64,000 nucleotides of DNA from Chloroflexia bacterium. Its GTDB lineage: Bacteria; Chloroflexota; Chloroflexia; Thermomicrobiales; UBA6265. Each line of letters opens with the position of its first letter. Position 1 is the stretch's first letter. The position numbers were made by a program, and so were the translations under genes. The stretch spans positions 8,737 to 72,736 of the forward strand of contig JACCVC010000168.1 of assembly GCA_013698305.1 (NCBI GenBank), in the 5' to 3' direction. The notes below the pieces were generated by a model. That model saw only the letters and a program-made list of their open reading frames with translations. It was not told the origin of the DNA and did not search any database. This document shows positions 59,802-64,000 of the stretch, in pieces.

Positions 59802-59859
59802 GTTCCCTATGGCGAAGCATCAACGTACCACTTCAACATGCTTTTGACGACGATGATGG

Positions 59860-59893
59860 AATGCCCAGGGTCGACATGATCCTGGGCATTTTG
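59860..59893 (+). terminator. Hairpin/partial terminator between rpsO and pnp
   Basis: 10-bp stem AATGCCCAGG / CCTGGGCATT with an 11-nt loop, followed by TTGCGC. Confidence 0.55.
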
Positions 59894-60098
59894 CGCATTA
59901 TGGGAAGGGAGTTAGTCGACCATCGCTTGGCGCCGCGAGTGAGGCATTGGGGCAGCGTGAGGAAATGCCGTCACTCCGCCCCAGTTCCTCTTCCGGCACC
60001 CACATCGAACGCAACGGCCTCTTGCCTCCTGCACGCATGTGCTTGGCAGCGACAACAGAGGCTTTCGGCCAGCAAAGGCACAATCAGGAGCAACACAG

Positions 60099-62315
60099 AT
60101 GGTACCCGAACAGGTGCAACAGCAGATCAAGACTGTAAGCGCGGAGATCAATGGACGTACCCTTTCGCTTGAAACCGGTCGATTGGCTGAGCAGGCGATG
60201 GGAGCGGTGGTCGTTCGGTACGGCGACTCGATGGTGTTGGCCACCGTTGTCGGCGAACGGGCACCGAAGGACCTGCCGTTTTTCCCGCTTACGATCGACT
60301 ATGAAGAGCGCATGTATGCCGCCGGGAAGATTCCGGGCGGGTTCATCAAGCGGGAAGGTCGGCCCACAGAGAAGGCGATTCTCGCCTGCCGCCTGACGGA
60401 TCGACCACTACGGCCTCTGTTTCCGAAGGGCTACCGGGCTGAAGTGCAGGTTATGGTGACAGTGCTGTCGGCGGACCAGGAGAACGATCCTGATCTGCTG
60501 TCGATCATCGGCTCGTCGGCGGCGTTGGCGATCTCGCCCATCCCGTGGGATGGTCCGGTCGGCGCGGTTCGGATCGGCCTGGTCGATGGTGACCTGGTCG
60601 TCAACCCGACCTACCAGCAGTTGTCGGGTAGCGAGCTCGACATGGTCGTGGCTGGAACCGACGATGCCATCATGATGGTCGAGGGAGAATCGAAGCAGAT
60701 CGCGGAATCGCGGATGCTGGAAGGCATCGAACTGGCGCACGAGAACATCCGCACGATTGTCGGCCTGCAGCAGGAGCTTGTCGCGGCGGTGGGCACGGAG
60801 AAGTGGGCATATGCCGCGCCGGAGAAGAACGACGCGCTTATCGACGAGGTAAAGGGCCTGCTTGGTGACGACCTGAGGGATGCAGTGCGGAACCCGAGCA
60901 AGGTCGTTCGAGTAGAGTCGACAGGCGATCTGGAGGCGAAGATCATCGCCCGCCTCACTTTAGGCGAAGACGCTCGGTACACCGCGCATGAGGTTGGGGA
61001 CGTGTATGGTTCGCTGCTGAAACAAGAGGTGCGGAACGGTATTCTCGAGGACCGAATCCGCCCGGATGGTCGCCGTCCGGAAGAAGTTCGCCAAATCTGG
61101 GCGGACGTGAGCTACCTGCCGCGAACCCACGGCTCGGCGATCTTCACGCGCGGCCAGACTCAGGTACTCACGACAGTGACCCTGGGATCGACGGCCGAAG
61201 AGCAGCGCCTAGACTCGATCAACCCGGAGTCGACCAAGCGGTACATTCATCATTACAACTTTCCGCCATACAGCGTCGGTGAGGTTCGTCGGCTGCGGGG
61301 TGCGAGCCGGCGTGACATCGGTCATGGGGCATTGGCGGAACGGGCGTTGATCAACGTCATCCCGGACGCCGATGACTTCCCGTACACGTTGCGGCTGGTC
61401 TCAGAAGTGGTGAGTTCCAACGGCTCGACCTCAATGGCGAGCGTGTGTGGCTCCAGCCTGGCGCTGATGGACGCTGGCGTGCCGATCAGCGCGCCGGTGG
61501 CTGGTGTCGCGATGGGCCTGGTGATCGATCAGGAGAGCGGCAACTTCACCGTGCTCACTGACATCCAGGGCATGGAAGACGCCTTCGGCGACATGGACTT
61601 CAAGGTCGCGGGCACGTCAGAGGGCGTGACGGCGATCCAGATGGACATCAAGGTCAAGGGCATCACGGTCGAGATCATGCGGCAGGCCCTGGAGCAGGCG
61701 CATTCTGGGCGCCAACACATCCTCGACAAGATGCTCGAAGCGATCGCCGCGCCTCGGGCGTCGCTGAGCCCGCTGGCGCCTCAGGTGCAGCGCATCAAGA
61801 TCAACACCGAGAAGATCGGCGCGGTGATTGGCCCGGGCGGCAAGATGATCCGCTCGATCCAGGAAGAGACGAACACGAAGATCGATATCGACGACGATGG
61901 CACGGTGTCGATCGCGTCGTCGGACGGAGCTGGCGCAGAGGAAGCGCTTCGGCGGATCAAGGATCTGACGGAAGAGCGCGAGCAGATGGTCGTCAAGCGG
62001 GGCGAGATCTACACGGGCAAGGTCGTCAGCATCATGCCCTACGGAGCCTTTGTCGAGCTGGCTCCCGGTCGAGATGGACTGGTCCACATCTCCGAGCTCT
62101 CGGAAGACCCGGCGATCCGGGTCAACGTGGTCGAGGATGTCGTCGGGCTTGGCGGTGACTTGACGGTGATGGTGATAGACGTCGCGCCCAATGGCAAGGT
62201 GAGCCTTTCCCGCCGGGCGGCAATGACCGGTGAGTTGCCGGAGCCGAAGGCGCCGCGAGATCGCGGTCCGCGCCGCGATGGCGACCGTCGGAGCGGACCA
62301 CCACCTCGACGATAG
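60099..62315 (+). CDS. pnp: Polyribonucleotide nucleotidyltransferase (PNPase)
   Basis: Two RNase PH domains, then KH ([13 protein letters not shown]) and S1 (G.IY.GKV....YGAFVEL) domains. AGGAG RBS before ATG 60099. Confidence 0.97.
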   Translation: MVPEQVQQQIKTVSAEINGRTLSLETGRLAEQAMGAVVVRYGDSMVLATVVGERAPKDLPFFPLTIDYEERMYAAGKIPGGFIKREGRPTEKAILACRLTDRPLRPLFPKGYRAEVQVMVTVLSADQENDPDLLSIIGSSAALAISPIPWDGPVGAVRIGLVDGDLVVNPTYQQLSGSELDMVVAGTDDAIMMVEGESKQIAESRMLEGIELAHENIRTIVGLQQELVAAVGTEKWAYAAPEKNDALIDEVKGLLGDDLRDAVRNPSKVVRVESTGDLEAKIIARLTLGEDARYTAHEVGDVYGSLLKQEVRNGILEDRIRPDGRRPEEVRQIWADVSYLPRTHGSAIFTRGQTQVLTTVTLGSTAEEQRLDSINPESTKRYIHHYNFPPYSVGEVRRLRGASRRDIGHGALAERALINVIPDADDFPYTLRLVSEVVSSNGSTSMASVCGSSLALMDAGVPISAPVAGVAMGLVIDQESGNFTVLTDIQGMEDAFGDMDFKVAGTSEGVTAIQMDIKVKGITVEIMRQALEQAHSGRQHILDKMLEAIAAPRASLSPLAPQVQRIKINTEKIGAVIGPGGKMIRSIQEETNTKIDIDDDGTVSIASSDGAGAEEALRRIKDLTEEREQMVVKRGEIYTGKVVSIMPYGAFVELAPGRDGLVHISELSEDPAIRVNVVEDVVGLGGDLTVMVIDVAPNGKVSLSRRAAMTGELPEPKAPRDRGPRRDGDRRSGPPPRR

Positions 62316-62340
62316 TCCGGCGAGTCGAAGTTCAGACTGA

Positions 62341-62374
62341 AAAGGGACCGCTCCATGCATGGAGCGGTCCCTTT
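62341..62374. terminator. Bidirectional rho-independent terminator after pnp
   Basis: Perfect 16-bp palindromic stem AAAGGGACCGCTCCAT GC ATGGAGCGGTCCCTTT with flanking A/T runs on both strands. Confidence 0.7.
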
Positions 62375-62526
62375 GAGTTCAGGTGATGTGTGGCGCACAG
62401 CGGCGTTCATGTTGGTCGACCCAACAGCAGAAGGTGTGTGATCGTGGCGTATTGTCGCTCTCCGGGCGACCGGACCGATCCTTCGGCGATGCTCACGGCG
62501 ATGCTCAGGTCGGTCCCTACGCGGTG

Positions 62527-62904
62527 CTACGGGGTGCCGCTGGTGGTGACCGTGGCGGCTCGGGTGGCGAGGTCATCCATCAGGTTCTGGCCGGTGCCCG
62601 TGGTCAGGAAGACGCCGAGGCCGCAGACGAGCAACACGCAGAACAGCAGAATGCCGACCAGCACCCAGAGCCAGATCCGGCGTTTTGGCGGTTCCTCGGG
62701 TGGCAGGGAGGACATGCGCCACTCGGGGTCGATGGGTCTTTCAGGAATGGGCTCGCGTGCCTCGGATCGAGTCGTATCGGGCGTCGACTCCGGTTCGGGG
62801 GCGTGTTGGCGAGGGATATCCGGGTCGTCGCGAAACCTGGTTCCGCAACTGGCGCAGAACCTGTCGCCAACCTGGTTTTCGTGTCCACAGTTCGGACAGT
62901 TCAT
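62527..62904 (-). CDS. Zinc-ribbon domain membrane protein
   Basis: N-terminal CPNCG...CASCG zinc ribbon, Pro/Glu-rich linker, one TM helix (IWLWVLVGILLFCVLLVCGLGVFL). ATG 62904 downstream of AAGGAG. Confidence 0.65.
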   Translation of the reverse strand: MNCPNCGHENQVGDRFCASCGTRFRDDPDIPRQHAPEPESTPDTTRSEAREPIPERPIDPEWRMSSLPPEEPPKRRIWLWVLVGILLFCVLLVCGLGVFLTTGTGQNLMDDLATRAATVTTSGTP

Positions 62905-63019
62905 GTCGGTGTCATGCTCCTTCGTTCCCGCCGCTATCGCGCCATGTCGATCATGGAAATGGCGGTGAGAACACTCTCCCACCGCCACAATGCCGTTGTC
63001 GTTCGACAGCGCTGCTGGT

Positions 63020-63982
63020 TTACTCGTTCAAGCGTGGATCGAGCGCGTCTCTCAACGCGTTGCCAACGAGGTTGAGCGACAATGCCGACAGGTAAATCGC
63101 GAAGCCGGGGATGAACACGAATGTCCAGGAGTCCCGGTAAAAGTCGTTGGCTTCTTCCAGCATGTTTCCCCAGGAAGGTTGAGGGATGGCGACACCGAAT
63201 CCCAGGTAGGAAAGGGTCGCTTCGTAAAGGATAAGCCCTGGCAGCACAAGGGACATCCAGACAATGGCGATGGAGACGACATTCGGGAGGATGTGGTTGG
63301 TGATGATTCGCCTGTTCGAGGCGCCAACTACCCTGGCGGCGTCAACGTAATCCCGCGACCGTAGCGAAAGCACCTCGCCCCGGATCAAACGGGAGATACC
63401 TGTCCAGGCCAGCGCGGCGATGACGAATGCCAAACCTACAGGCCCCGGTCGGAACCAGACGCTAAGCAGCAACAGGATGGTAATGCCAGGAATCGAAATG
63501 ATGATGTCAACGAATCGCATGAGGACAGAATCGATCCATCCGCCGTAAAACCCGGCGATGGAACCCACGGTCGCTCCGATAGTGAACGCTGAAACGAGCG
63601 CCAGTACGGCGACCGTCATGGAAACGCGGCCCCCATACGCCAGGCGGGTGAGGATGTCGCGTCCGTTGCCATCTGTGCCCAACAGGTGCCCCTGCTCGCC
63701 CGGCGCGAGGAGCTTGTTCATCAGGTCGCTCTGGCTATAGCTGTAGCCAGTGAGTGCGGACACGAGCGGCGCCGAGAACGAGAAGATGACAATGACCGCC
63801 GCGACGAACAGCGCGGCTACGGCGATCTTGTCCTTTCGGAATCTTGACCACGCCCTGCGGTAGAAGCCAGGTGTCGATCGTAGATGCGATCTGTCCAGCG
63901 CGCCTCCGAGGGATTTTTCTCGACCCGATTGGCTGGCGGGCGTTTCATCGCGGGCGTTGGTAGAGTGAGCCTGTTCTGCCAT
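63020..63982 (-). CDS. ABC transporter permease (oligopeptide/dipeptide DppC/OppC type)
   Basis: N-terminal OppC-type segment plus the BPD-transporter EAA-like loop (YVDAARVVGASNRRII.NHILPN). Confidence 0.9.
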   Translation of the reverse strand: MAEQAHSTNARDETPASQSGREKSLGGALDRSHLRSTPGFYRRAWSRFRKDKIAVAALFVAAVIVIFSFSAPLVSALTGYSYSQSDLMNKLLAPGEQGHLLGTDGNGRDILTRLAYGGRVSMTVAVLALVSAFTIGATVGSIAGFYGGWIDSVLMRFVDIIISIPGITILLLLSVWFRPGPVGLAFVIAALAWTGISRLIRGEVLSLRSRDYVDAARVVGASNRRIITNHILPNVVSIAIVWMSLVLPGLILYEATLSYLGFGVAIPQPSWGNMLEEANDFYRDSWTFVFIPGFAIYLSALSLNLVGNALRDALDPRLNE

Positions 63983-64000
63983 GTCCTTTACCCCTCCGAT

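Noticed and set aside
62383-63095. 230-aa, 192-aa and 136-aa plus-strand ORFs
   Set aside because: They are shadows of the minus-strand zinc-ribbon gene and the ABC permease 3' end.

Overview
This is a dense bacterial chromosomal segment of roughly 60% GC by eye, with about 65 protein genes and one SRP RNA. Nearly all of it is conserved housekeeping. It carries Moco genes (moaA fragment, moaB), hisS, rnhB-yraN, rplS, a YitJ-type homocysteine methyltransferase/MTHFR fusion, a cyanophycin pair (cphB-cphA) and sdhA-sdhB. It also carries an exonuclease-DinG fusion, glpX, rho, xseA-xseB, accB, efp, aroQ, uvrB, tyrA and the nusA-ylxR-infB-rbfA-nrnA-truB-ribF block. The rest comprises infC-rpmI-rplT, hup, plsX, gyrB, a SEDS/class-B PBP pair, mtnP, rpsO-pnp and an ABC permease. 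A long, Bacillus-type SRP RNA with an Alu domain lies at 16281-16549 and explains two large spurious ORFs there. I saw no rRNA, tRNA, CRISPR array, transposase, integrase, phage or recognisable defence genes. Many long ORFs in the track are antisense shadows typical of high-GC DNA. Gene order, the long SRP RNA and the exonuclease-DinG fusion suggest a Chloroflexota/Thermomicrobia-like or Firmicutes-like lineage, but this is inference only. I did not find a convincing self-contained novel multi-gene system. The items most worth follow-up are: (1) an sdhAB operon with no recognisable SdhC/SdhD and an unknown 3-helix protein downstream; (2) a tightly coupled module of a HypE-like protein, a monothiol thioredoxin-fold protein, an Ntn-hydrolase and a methyltransferase; (3) an EF-P with Arg at the modified loop tip and no adjacent modification gene; (4) a Nudix-fold protein with a degenerate Nudix box; (5) a 104-nt extended hairpin between yraN and moaB; and (6) terminator-like leader hairpins and a recurrent TGGTAnAnn extended -10 motif upstream of several translation and transcription genes. 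All start codons were chosen by eye from RBS context and conserved N-termini, and may be off by a few codons.
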